Positions 52,822 to 62,264 of a stretch of 64,000 nt of DNA are shown here, piece by piece. The stretch lies in the IMG/VR virus record IMGVR_UViG_3300039167_000005, positions 19,298 to 83,297 of that record. One strand, 5' to 3'. The DNA is from a virus. Its lineage: Duplodnaviria; Caudoviricetes. The translations under genes and the position numbers were made by a program. How positions within the stretch are numbered: position 1 is the first letter of the stretch; every line of letters begins with the position of its first letter. Below the pieces are notes generated by a model. It did not search any database, was not told the origin of the DNA, and was given only the letters and a program-made list of their open reading frames with translations.

Positions 52822-54090
52822 GGTGGTAAGACCTACAACGGTCTTATGCGACATTTACGATGGGTTGATGACCCTCTTTACAGAGGGTATGTGATTCGTA
52901 AACACCAGACAACTCTGGCTAAAGCCGGTGGTGTTATCGACGAATCTAAAGGTTTATATAAAGACGTATATCCAGATGCTGTATATAAGGCTAAGGAAAT
53001 GCGTTGGATCTTCCCTTCAGGTGGTCAAGTTGCCTTTGGGCACCTAGATACCGAGGAAGATGCTGAGAAATATCGTGGGTTACAGATCAGTGCTGCAATG
53101 CTGGATGAAAGTACGCAATTTTCTGAGGAGAACGTGCTTGTCGTTTTATCCCGTCTTCGTACACAAGCGAAGATGAAACCTTCGCTTTGGCTAACTTGCA
53201 ACCCCTCCCCAACATCATTTATTAGACGCTGGATTGATTGGTGGATTATCCCACAAGGCGAAGAGAACTCTGGTCGCCCCGACCCAGAACGAGACGGTAA
53301 GATTCGTTGGTTCATTCGTGATTCTAGTGAAATGATCTGGGCTGACACGAGAGAAGAACTCCTAGAGAAGTACGGTAATCGTGATCTGAATGGTAATCTT
53401 ATCCCAGATGAGTCAGAACATCAACATTGCCGACCACTTTCTTTGCAGTTTATCAGTGCAACCATCTTCGATAACCCTCCGCTGCTTAGGGCAAACCCCG
53501 GCTATTTGGCAAACCTTCAAGGCTTGAAACGAGTTAAGAGGGAGCGCGACCTCTACGGGAGTTGGGACGTAAAAGAGGAGGTTTCAAATTTCTTTCAGAA
53601 GGATTGGACACTCCCTGTAAAGTACCACGAGCAAGAGTTTGTGTCCTATGTTCGTGCGTGGGACCTTGCTGGAAGTAAGCCCTCAGAGGTAAATACAAAT
53701 CCAGATTTTTCTGTCGGCGTTTTGATGGCCCGCACAAAGCAAGGTAGGTATGTAATCATTGATGTCGAAAGGTTCCGCGAAAACTACGGGACTGTAATGC
53801 AGCGTATCATTGATTGTGCCCGAAAAGACCCTTATGGAACCAAGATTCTCTTGCCGAAGGAGCCGGGACAAGCAGGTAAGATTGCAGCCGGCGCTCAATT
53901 GAAGGCTTTGCAGTATGAAGGGTTTACCCCTGCTTTTATGGGGACGGGGAGTAAGAGTAAAGTCTTACGTTTTCAACCGTTTGCTACTGCTGCCGAGATG
54001 GGGCTTATTGATTATATCGAGGGTCCTTGGAATGATACTTTCTTTGATGAACTCGAACAGTTCACAGGAGAAAGGAAGAATAAAGACGAT
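52822..54090 (+). CDS. terL: terminase large subunit, exon 2
   Basis: GGKT, Walker B AMLDESTQ, TCNP, RAWDLA, C-terminal ...KNKDD. Confidence 0.93.
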
Positions 54091-55087
54091 TGACAAACTG
54101 GTCGTCTATAAACTCCTCTAATTCGGGGAACATCTCTATAAGAATTTAAAGAGACAATCCCGAGCGAAGCCTAGAAATAGGAACGTGTAACGACTATTAT
54201 GTAGGGTCAAGTGGCCCGAAACGGGGAGCACGCTTTAGAGCGTGAAGAGATAGTCTGCTCTGCATAGCGATATGCAGCACCCACTAAGTTAATAATATAG
54301 GAGAATTTCTATGGGACGTAAAGCTCTAACTGTAATTGAAATTGGCGATGTGATGCCCACTAACAAGTACGGAGATGTCCGGGTTGTTGAAAAGCAAGGT
54401 CAAAAGTTTCTGGTGTCTTTTGTAGATTCTGGTTACGAGACTCTGGTTCACAGGGTAAACCTAATAGCTGGTAAAGTCAAAGATTACACAAAACCTCACC
54501 ACGCGTTGAAAGACTGGGAAGATTGCCAAGAGCCGGGAATCTCCAACAGTGGACACAAGTTTACCATCATCAAGAAGAACGCCAAGAAGTGTATCGTTAA
54601 GTTCAATGATACAGGCTACATTCGAGAGTGTTTTATTGAAAACGTGAAAGTTGGTAAAGTCTCTGACCCATACAGCAAGAGTTTCCTTGGTATAGGTTAT
54701 CTTGGAGAGTATTCCAAATCAAAGCCTTACTGGAAACAAGCTAAACAACTCTGGAGCAACATGATGAAGCGTTGCTATAACCCTAAAGATGACAAAGGGT
54801 ACTACGGACGTTGTTTTGTCGATGATCGCTGGAAGTGTTTTGCTAACTTCCTAGAAGATTTGCCGAAGTTAGAGGGTTTTGATGATTGGCTTCTTGGTTT
54901 TGAGGAAGGTAACACTAAGTACAATCTAGAGAAAGACTTGAAGATTCCGGGGAATGACACGTATTCCCGAGAAGCTTGTATGTTCTTAAGTGAACATATT
55001 AACAAAGGTGCTACATCCCGTAATAACTACGGTAGAGATTAAAGTGGGTGGTCAAGGAATTAACGAGCCTTGATTAACAAGTAAATG
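54091..55087 (+). mobile_element. group I intron 2 in terL (997 nt) carrying an endonuclease
   Basis: removal gives KDD-QVDA; P1 AGACGAU/GUCGUCU; P7 GACUA/UAGUC; CACCCACU/AGUGGGUG loops out the ORF; ends in G. Confidence 0.93.
54311..55042 (+). CDS. intron-encoded HNH-like homing endonuclease
   Basis: W..MMKRCY...W.CFANF...LEKD...YS...C.F.....N; duplicated N-terminal domain. Confidence 0.8.
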   Translation: MGRKALTVIEIGDVMPTNKYGDVRVVEKQGQKFLVSFVDSGYETLVHRVNLIAGKVKDYTKPHHALKDWEDCQEPGISNSGHKFTIIKKNAKKCIVKFNDTGYIRECFIENVKVGKVSDPYSKSFLGIGYLGEYSKSKPYWKQAKQLWSNMMKRCYNPKDDKGYYGRCFVDDRWKCFANFLEDLPKLEGFDDWLLGFEEGNTKYNLEKDLKIPGNDTYSREACMFLSEHINKGATSRNNYGRD

Positions 55088-55204
55088 CAGGTTGACGCTG
55101 TTGCAGATGCGTATGCGTCACTGTCACAAAAGAAACACATGCCAACCATCACAGGCTCTTTAGCTTCAGGCGCAATCGGGAGAACTAATAATTTACCATT
55201 CTAG
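55088..55204 (+). CDS. terL: terminase large subunit, exon 3
   Basis: QVDAVADAY...LPF*; spliced TerL is 495 aa. Confidence 0.9.
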   Translation, partial: QVDAVADAYASLSQKKHMPTITGSLASGAIGRTNNLPF

Positions 55205-55251
55205 TAAATTTATTCTCTCCCATTTTAAAATAAAACTCTCAGGAGGCTACA

Positions 55252-56745
55252 TTGGCCGAAAACATTGAAGCCTCTTCTGAGGCAACGGAAGCCATTCCGG
55301 CCCCCAGAATTAGATTGGGACAAATGTCGTTCAACGGCGTTCCCACTCTAGGGGGAGAAATTCTTGAGAACTGCAATCATGAATTGGAGTTCCCCAGAAG
55401 TATCCATACATTTGATAAGATGGCGGAAGACCAAGATATCCAGCCCGCCCTTGATGTTGTGGATGCTTCTATTTGTAAAGTTCCTTGGTATGTTGAAATT
55501 CCTGAAGGATATGAAGACTCCCTGAAAGATGAGAAGTCGTTCCTTGAGCAATGTCTATTTAAGGATATGGAACATCCTTTTGAGGAATTTATTCAGCAAG
55601 TTGTTTCTATGAGGCGATACGGATTTGCTCCTATTGAGAAGGTGTTCCGTAGACGTACATTCTCCTCTGGTAGTAGATTCAATGATGGAAGGATTGGACT
55701 TCGTTGTCTACCCCTGATCGACCAACGTACAGTTCTTGGTTGGAAGTGGGATGAACAAACAGGACGATCCCTTACACATCTTGTGCAATATAACACAAAG
55801 CCTGTAGGGATCAATCAAACAACTCCCCCGAGAGTAGAAGATTCCTCAGAGCTGAATTACAAAGATATCCCTCGCTACAAATTCCTCCTGTTCCGCAATA
55901 AACGTAAGGGTGAAAGCCCTCAAGGACAAAGCGTCCTCATTGGGGCTTGGAAGGCGTGGCGACTTAAACAATCTCTTGAAGAGTTTCTTGCAGTTGGTGT
56001 TGTCAAAGACCTCCAAGGTCTTCCCATTCTTGAGATTCCTGCTGAAGTGATGGATGACAATGCTGATGAGGGCAAGAAAGCTGAGTTTCAATTCTGGCAA
56101 AAGGTTATCCGTAACATCCACCAGAATGCTCAAGCTGGACTTATCCTTCCAAGCAACGTAGACGAAAGCAATAATAAGCTTTACAAGCTTGGTACTGTAG
56201 AAACAGGTGGGCAGAAGGCATACAACGTCCTCTCCATTATTGAGTTCTACCGTAAAGCAATTCTTACTGCGCTATCTGCTCAACAACTTGTACTTGGTCA
56301 AGACGGTACTGGCTCTTACTCTCTATCAGAGAACATCTCTGGTGTAACTTCTCTTACTGTTGAAATGTCTCTTCGTGAGATTGAGCAAGTATTGAATCAC
56401 GATTTGATTCCTCAACTATTCGCCCTAAATGGCAACAGAAAAGATGTTCTTCCTAAAGTACGCTTTGGTGATTTGTCATCTCCCGACCTTGAAACTCTTT
56501 CTAAGTTCATCCAACGCGTGAGCGCCGTGGGCCTCGTAGCCAAGAACGCTAAGACGGTTAACTGGATTGCTAAGCAAGCAAATATGCCTGTTCCTTTTGC
56601 TGGAGATGAAACTACTGAAGAGATTGCACCAATGCTTACAGGGTATACGTCTGGGGCTGGTGAAGGACTTGTAAAAGGCAGCGGAAACGGTACTTCCGAC
56701 AGTAATGCAACAAAAGACAACTCTACAAGTAATCTGGAGAACTGA
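55252..56745 (+). CDS. portal protein
   Basis: 497 aa after terL; YGFAPIEKV, KDLQGLP, LGQ..GSYSLSE. Confidence 0.85.
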   Translation: MAENIEASSEATEAIPAPRIRLGQMSFNGVPTLGGEILENCNHELEFPRSIHTFDKMAEDQDIQPALDVVDASICKVPWYVEIPEGYEDSLKDEKSFLEQCLFKDMEHPFEEFIQQVVSMRRYGFAPIEKVFRRRTFSSGSRFNDGRIGLRCLPLIDQRTVLGWKWDEQTGRSLTHLVQYNTKPVGINQTTPPRVEDSSELNYKDIPRYKFLLFRNKRKGESPQGQSVLIGAWKAWRLKQSLEEFLAVGVVKDLQGLPILEIPAEVMDDNADEGKKAEFQFWQKVIRNIHQNAQAGLILPSNVDESNNKLYKLGTVETGGQKAYNVLSIIEFYRKAILTALSAQQLVLGQDGTGSYSLSENISGVTSLTVEMSLREIEQVLNHDLIPQLFALNGNRKDVLPKVRFGDLSSPDLETLSKFIQRVSAVGLVAKNAKTVNWIAKQANMPVPFAGDETTEEIAPMLTGYTSGAGEGLVKGSGNGTSDSNATKDNSTSNLEN

Positions 56746-58121
56746 TGTCAAAAGACTTAATTAGAATCAGGAGCAGTCTTCTTGACACGCCTCACCTGAT
56801 TGATGAACAAACTTACCGAGCTATTCAAAGTTATTTTGAAGACAGAGCTACGGGAGCAGTTGAAGCGAAAGACGGAGAAGATTTTGGTAAACGTGAGAGC
56901 TATATCTATAACTCAGATACCAAAACAGCCGTTATCAAGATCGAGGGTCCGCTGACTAATCGCTCTACGCCTATTCAAGCGTTGTGTGGTGGTGCTTCAT
57001 ATAACAAACTTAAAGCAGATTTCTCTGAACTGATTGCATCCGGTGCAAAAACTATTGCAATGGAAATTCGGTCTGGCGGCGGGGAAGCCGTAGGTTGTTT
57101 CTCTGCTGCTAAGTTTGTCAGAAAGCTAGCTACAGATAATGGCGTAAGACTCCTTGCTTATACAGATGATCGAGCGTGTTCCGCTGCCTATGCTTGGGCA
57201 TCTATTGCTGATGAATTCATTGTAGCAGAAGACTCCACTATTGGCTCTATTGGTGTTCTTGTACAGATTAGCAATGATCTCAAGAAGAAGAACCAAGAGG
57301 GTATTGAAACAATCTTTATTACTGCGGGTAAAAGTAAAACCCCTTTTAACAAAGATGGAAGTTTCAGTGAAGAAGCCCTTGAGGATATTCAAAGTAAAGT
57401 TGACAAAACTTATGCGTCTTTCGTTAAGCACGTTGTCACTATGCGGAATATTTCAGAGGAAGCGGTCAAGGCGACAGAAGCCAAAACCTTTATGGGTGAT
57501 GATGCTGTAGCGCTTGGCCTTGCTGATAAGGTCATGACTCAAGAAGAGTTCTACGAGTATCTGGCCGATGTTGCCCAAGGCAGCGCTAAAGAAGTTGCCA
57601 AGATGATTGGTTCAACTAGTTATAAACTAACCCTAGAGGAAACTCTCCAAATGGAAGAACTCCAAAAACTGCAAGCTGCTCTAGACGCTAAAGATGTAGA
57701 GATGAGCACCCTTGCTACTCAATTCTCTGAGCTTACTGCTCAAATGGAATCCCTACAGGCTGCCCTTGGTGAAAAGGAAGCTGCTCTCTCCGAAGCTCTG
57801 GCTAAGGCTCAAGCCTCTGAAGAACAAGCTGCTCTGCAAGCCAAAGAAGCCAAACTGAAAGATCGTCAAGCCTCTCTGTTCGCTGCTGGTCTTTCTGAAG
57901 AAGACGCTAAATCTCAGGCCGCTTCTCTGGAAGCTCTTGATGACGCCACCTTTGAAACTGTCCGTGCCGGCTTTGCTAAGCAATCCGCCGCTGTTCAAGG
58001 TTCTGACCTTTTCCAACAACAAAGTGCTGCTGCAACAGAGGCCGTTGTTGAAAACACCAAGACCGCTGCTGAAGCCGCTGTCGAGGCCACCCGTAAAGCC
58101 ATGAAAGATCGTGGCATTTAA
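56745..58121 (+). CDS. S49-family prohead protease fused to scaffold
   Basis: SGGGE, SAAYAWAS, GSIGV motifs; C-terminal coiled coil. Confidence 0.85.
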   Translation: MSKDLIRIRSSLLDTPHLIDEQTYRAIQSYFEDRATGAVEAKDGEDFGKRESYIYNSDTKTAVIKIEGPLTNRSTPIQALCGGASYNKLKADFSELIASGAKTIAMEIRSGGGEAVGCFSAAKFVRKLATDNGVRLLAYTDDRACSAAYAWASIADEFIVAEDSTIGSIGVLVQISNDLKKKNQEGIETIFITAGKSKTPFNKDGSFSEEALEDIQSKVDKTYASFVKHVVTMRNISEEAVKATEAKTFMGDDAVALGLADKVMTQEEFYEYLADVAQGSAKEVAKMIGSTSYKLTLEETLQMEELQKLQAALDAKDVEMSTLATQFSELTAQMESLQAALGEKEAALSEALAKAQASEEQAALQAKEAKLKDRQASLFAAGLSEEDAKSQAASLEALDDATFETVRAGFAKQSAAVQGSDLFQQQSAAATEAVVENTKTAAEAAVEATRKAMKDRGI

Positions 58122-58159
58122 TTACCTGTACTTGTCTCTCTCCTAAAGGAAATAAATTA

Positions 58160-58951
58160 ATGGCTTTTCAAACTATCTCTGGCAAGCGTTTCAGCGATCT
58201 TGTTGTACACGAACTAGACCCGAGCGTTGGTTACTCCCGCAAAAGTGTTAACGTAACCCCTCCGGCTGCTTCTGCTCCTATTAAGCTTGGTCAAGTTGTA
58301 TTCCGTGCCAAGGCTACCCCTGCTTTCAACAACACCGAAACTGCAACCTTCACCTTTGAAGATGTCACTGCTGCTGGTGAGAACGCGACAATTACTATTG
58401 CTGGTCGCGTGATTACCATCACCGATGCCAGTAGCGCTACTGCTGCTCAGATTGCCCAGGCGTTCATTACGGGCGTAACTGTTGGCAGTGCTGCTGTTTC
58501 CGGTACTCTGTCTGGTTACACCATTGTTGCCGGCGCTACCGCAGCCGAAGCTGTATTCGCTTCTGCCACTCCGAACACTAACGTAACCGACCTGACCGCT
58601 ACCGTGGCTGGTGATGCTGGTGCTCTGACTCCGGTCATCTCTCAGGGTGTTGCTGGCAACCAAACCTACGCCGTTATCGCAGACGCAACTGCTCTGGTTA
58701 ATACCAATGAGTTTGCTGTTATTTATGGCGATCATTATGGTTACAACCCGGAGTTCGTTCCGAACGCTGTTGTTGATGGCGAGTTTAACGCTGTCGGCTT
58801 TGTAGGTCATTCTGGTGGTCTGCAACTGAAAGAATACTACATCAAGCAAGTGGCTCAAGACCCCGCTGGTGCTGCTCTCACTGATACACAGTTTGAAGTT
58901 CTTCGTGAACTTCTGGATCAGCAAGGCATTACACTTCTCGTCACTAAGTAA
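58160..58951 (+). CDS. head decoration protein with an inserted domain
   Basis: position between protease and MCP; Ala/Thr-rich central insert. Confidence 0.65.
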   Translation: MAFQTISGKRFSDLVVHELDPSVGYSRKSVNVTPPAASAPIKLGQVVFRAKATPAFNNTETATFTFEDVTAAGENATITIAGRVITITDASSATAAQIAQAFITGVTVGSAAVSGTLSGYTIVAGATAAEAVFASATPNTNVTDLTATVAGDAGALTPVISQGVAGNQTYAVIADATALVNTNEFAVIYGDHYGYNPEFVPNAVVDGEFNAVGFVGHSGGLQLKEYYIKQVAQDPAGAALTDTQFEVLRELLDQQGITLLVTK

Positions 58952-58976
58952 AGTAACCTAAAAGGATAAGATATAA

Positions 58977-60050
58977 ATGGCTCTAGTAATTAATCGTAAT
59001 AACCTGAATCAGTGGGTTGACTTTACTGACGTTCTGGCGGAAGTACCAAAAGCTAACTACCTGCTGAATGATCTAGGTGTCTTCACCCCGGAATATTCCA
59101 GTCAGAAGACTATTGAAATTCGTCAGAAGGTGGGTAACGCTCATGTTCTGGAAGATCGTAACTGGGATGAACGTAACCAAACCATCGCTGGTGGTGAAGT
59201 TCGCTCTCTGCAACTGAAAATCCCGCACTTCCCCCTGGACGATGCAATCACTCCTAACGATGTCGACGGTCAAGTGGCTGTTGAGTCTCTGGCTGCTGCT
59301 ATGCAACTGGAGAGCGTTGCTAACGTCCGTGCTAGCAAGATGGAAAACCTGCGCGCTGCTCATGACCTGACCATGGAAGTTGGTCGCTGGCAGCTTCTGG
59401 TGGAGGGTGAGGTGTATTCTCCGAAGGGTACTCTGCGTACCTCTTATGGTCCTACTGTAAACTTCTACACCGAATTTGGTATTTCCCGTACAGAGAGTCA
59501 GATCACCACTTTCGCAGGCACTGCGGACCCTCGTGCTCAGCTTGAAGCCATCCGCAAGGCTGTTCTGGCGGGTGTTCGTGGTGTGGCTGGTACTGCCCGT
59601 GTTGTTGCTCTGTGTGGTACTGACTACTTCAACGCCCTGCTGGCTAACGGTTTCGTTACCAACACTCTGATGTCACTGGATGTTCCTCTGGCCCGCCAAC
59701 TGCTGCTCGGCAACCCGGAGGCATTCGGCCCCAACGGTATCTACCGCACTGTAAATATCTTCGGTATCACATTCATTGATGCTGGTGAGGCTGGCTATGA
59801 TCGTAACGGTACTTTTGTTCCGTTCATCGAAGCTAAGGAAGCTCGCTTCATGCCTGTTGGTATCCGTGGTGCTTTCAAGACCTACTTCGCCCCGGCCAAT
59901 CGCTTCAGCACCATCAACCGCCGTGCTCAAGGCAGCTACTGGTATGAATATGCCAACGAGAAGGACGATCTGATTGAAATCATGACCGAACAGAACTTCC
60001 TGAACGCCATGCTGTACCCGGCGTCTGTTGTTCGTAGCTGGATTGCCTAA
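58977..60050 (+). CDS. major capsid protein (lambda gpE-like family)
   Basis: 357 aa; IPHFP.DD.I...D, T.E.....PA; highly biased codon use. Confidence 0.88.
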   Translation: MALVINRNNLNQWVDFTDVLAEVPKANYLLNDLGVFTPEYSSQKTIEIRQKVGNAHVLEDRNWDERNQTIAGGEVRSLQLKIPHFPLDDAITPNDVDGQVAVESLAAAMQLESVANVRASKMENLRAAHDLTMEVGRWQLLVEGEVYSPKGTLRTSYGPTVNFYTEFGISRTESQITTFAGTADPRAQLEAIRKAVLAGVRGVAGTARVVALCGTDYFNALLANGFVTNTLMSLDVPLARQLLLGNPEAFGPNGIYRTVNIFGITFIDAGEAGYDRNGTFVPFIEAKEARFMPVGIRGAFKTYFAPANRFSTINRRAQGSYWYEYANEKDDLIEIMTEQNFLNAMLYPASVVRSWIA

Positions 60051-60066
60051 GCCAGTTAGGTGATTT

Positions 60067-60099
60067 AAAGGGAGGAGGAGATTTCTCTTTCTCCCTTTT
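60067..60099 (+). terminator. terminator after the MCP gene
   Basis: AAAGGGAG...CTCCCTTT hairpin followed by T's. Confidence 0.7.
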
Positions 60100-60114
60100 C
60101 TATCGGAGAATTAA

Positions 60115-60333
60115 ATGATTAAAGATGATGAAATTCCTGTACTTCTAAATTTCCAATCTCTTGCTCACCTTGCAACTCTTGTGAATCGTGAACTAGCAAA
60201 ACTAGAAAAGCGTATCGAGGAAGTTGAAGCAAGGAAAGAAATTAAAACCGAAGTAAAGATTGAAGTAGAAGAGAAGCAAGAAGTTCCTGTTGTGAAGGCT
60301 ACTCAACAACGCCGAACTTCAAAAGATAAGTAA
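60115..60333 (+). CDS. hypothetical protein
   Basis: GGAG RBS. Confidence 0.6.
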   Translation: MIKDDEIPVLLNFQSLAHLATLVNRELAKLEKRIEEVEARKEIKTEVKIEVEEKQEVPVVKATQQRRTSKDK

Positions 60334-60368
60334 CTTAGTCGGGGAGCTTTCCCCTTAGAGGGGTAACG

Positions 60369-60833
60369 ATGGCCGTTTATTTAACTCCCGATCAAGAAAA
60401 GATTCTAAGTATGGTAAAAATCCTCCTTGGTGATATTGAAGGAAACCCATACTACCCCATGATGACAGATGAGCAATATGTTGAGATTCTAGAGTTCTTT
60501 GATTGGAACTGGAAGAAAGCTATTGGAAATCTAGGTCTGTCAATTCTAGCAATGTCGTCTGGTTGGAATACACGAGAGACTGTTGGTCTAGAAACAATTG
60601 AAAATAACTTCAATAAGAATTATCAGGCTTATTTAAACAAACTCCTTGATGGGGTGAATTCTATAAGTCAGTTGAATATCACACCCTATGCGGCTGGCAT
60701 CTCTTGGTCAGATTGGTGTTCTAATAATCTAAATCCTGACAACATTATTCCAGAGCTAAGTAGAATTAAGAGTTGTAGATGTAGGCGTAAATGCAGTTGT
60801 GGAAAGTCTCTGACATTTAGAGGGCTTTTCTAA
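60369..60833 (+). CDS. putative head-tail adaptor
   Basis: synteny; VKILLGD......D..Y..IL. Confidence 0.6.
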   Translation: MAVYLTPDQEKILSMVKILLGDIEGNPYYPMMTDEQYVEILEFFDWNWKKAIGNLGLSILAMSSGWNTRETVGLETIENNFNKNYQAYLNKLLDGVNSISQLNITPYAAGISWSDWCSNNLNPDNIIPELSRIKSCRCRRKCSCGKSLTFRGLF

Positions 60834-61198
60834 TGAAGTTTCAGCTAATCAAGTTTGCTCCTTACAGCATCACACGGATGGGCGAAGGTAAGTATGTGAA
60901 TGGACGGTGGGTCGAATCAGAGCCAGAAACATTCGAACGTCATCTGAAAATTCAACCGTTGCGACCTGCTGAAGTCTTGAACTTCCCAGAAGCAGAGAGA
61001 AACAGGTCATTCCTACAAGTTTTTTGCCAAGAGGCTGACTTGAGAGTGATGCAACAAGGTGTTGGTGGCCACCCTGCTGACAGATTCCAGTATCGTGGAT
61101 TCTGGTATGAGATTTATAAAGAAGACTTCCATGATGCCTCAGCTTGCATCCCTCATGCGCGGTACGTTGCAGTTAGAGAGGAGGTTACTCCAAACTAA
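60833..61198 (+). CDS. putative head closure (stopper) protein
   Basis: synteny; G.YVNGRWV...IQP...D...Y.G..YEI. Confidence 0.6.
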   Translation: MKFQLIKFAPYSITRMGEGKYVNGRWVESEPETFERHLKIQPLRPAEVLNFPEAERNRSFLQVFCQEADLRVMQQGVGGHPADRFQYRGFWYEIYKEDFHDASACIPHARYVAVREEVTPN

Positions 61199-61707
61199 TG
61201 GCTATCAAGATTACCTCCAAAGTCGTTGCAAAGAAAAAGAACTGGGAAGCTGTAAAGAAGAATCTAATCTCTGCACAAAACAAATCTACGGATGTTGGTT
61301 GGTGGGATGGTTTCCACATTAACGACAGAAGTGATGGAATCCCTTTAGCTCAGATTGCTCAATGGGTGGAAGAAGGTCACGCACCGGGAGCTTTCGGTGG
61401 GATGAGAACGCCCCCAAGACCTTTCATGACGGTTGCTCTCGAAGCTGCACTTAGGCAGAACGGATGGCTTGAGAAGAAAGTTAGAGCTAATGCAACGCTT
61501 GTGTTTGCTAAGAAACTTACTTGGAGCGGGTTCTTCAAGAAGCTTGGTCCTGATCTAGTTATTCTTGTCCAGGGAGTAATGGAAGAACTCAGCAATCCTT
61601 CGAACAGTGAAGTAACTGTTGCTCTAAAAGGCTTTGATAATCCAACTATTGAAACTGGTCATCTTCTCAGTAAGGTTGATTGGAGAATTGCGGAGAGGAA
61701 GAAATGA
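61198..61707 (+). CDS. putative neck/tail completion protein
   Basis: E.G......PPRPF...N...T...KGFDNP.IETG.L. Confidence 0.6.
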   Translation: MAIKITSKVVAKKKNWEAVKKNLISAQNKSTDVGWWDGFHINDRSDGIPLAQIAQWVEEGHAPGAFGGMRTPPRPFMTVALEAALRQNGWLEKKVRANATLVFAKKLTWSGFFKKLGPDLVILVQGVMEELSNPSNSEVTVALKGFDNPTIETGHLLSKVDWRIAERKK

Positions 61708-62249
61708 GTTTGTATTCAGACCTAGAAGACTTCCTCTTAGAGGGGACTCAGGAGTCATTTGCACTTCTTGGATACCCCACTCCAAATACAGATGGGGATG
61801 AGTGGATTATCTTCTCTCACTCAAATGGTGCGGAACCTTGTGAATCTTACTGTGTAATTAATGTCCTTAGCACTCTTGCAGTTGGCAGAGCATTTGAATC
61901 TACAGCAATTGCTACACAAACCGGACTAGTTTACACGCAACAGTACGAACTAACTGTGAGGTTTCAGTTCATCGGCTCTCAGTCGGGGGAGTTGTCTCAC
62001 GTATTTTTTGAAAACATTAACAAAAACAGGCTTGTCAGAGAGATATTCCAAGTAAAGGGAATCTCCCCAACAAGAAAGACCCCTGTCCGAAGAGTTCCAC
62101 AGCTCCGTACTGTTACTTGGATCGACAGTTTCAACGTAGATGTTGTCTTCTCCTTTAATCATAAAACCACTCAACTTGTTAACTGGGTGGAACATGTACG
62201 TATTAAGGATGAGAAGAATGACATTACAACAATCCCTCCCCTCCCTTGA
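61704..62249 (+). CDS. putative tail terminator/sheath stabiliser
   Basis: synteny, immediately before the sheath gene. Confidence 0.55.
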   Translation: MSLYSDLEDFLLEGTQESFALLGYPTPNTDGDEWIIFSHSNGAEPCESYCVINVLSTLAVGRAFESTAIATQTGLVYTQQYELTVRFQFIGSQSGELSHVFFENINKNRLVREIFQVKGISPTRKTPVRRVPQLRTVTWIDSFNVDVVFSFNHKTTQLVNWVEHVRIKDEKNDITTIPPLP

Positions 62250-62264
62250 TTTCGAGGAATTTAA

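Noticed and set aside
52810-54093. ORF-track TerL starting at TTG 52810 and ending at TGA 54093
   Set aside because: Both ends lie in introns; the real gene has three exons (52448-52549, 52822-54090, 55088-55204).
58214-58924. 236-aa antisense ORF and other long antisense or overlapping ORFs (e.g. 20984-21550, 63306-63797)
   Set aside because: Shadows of strongly codon-biased sense genes; no RBS, motifs or promoter support.
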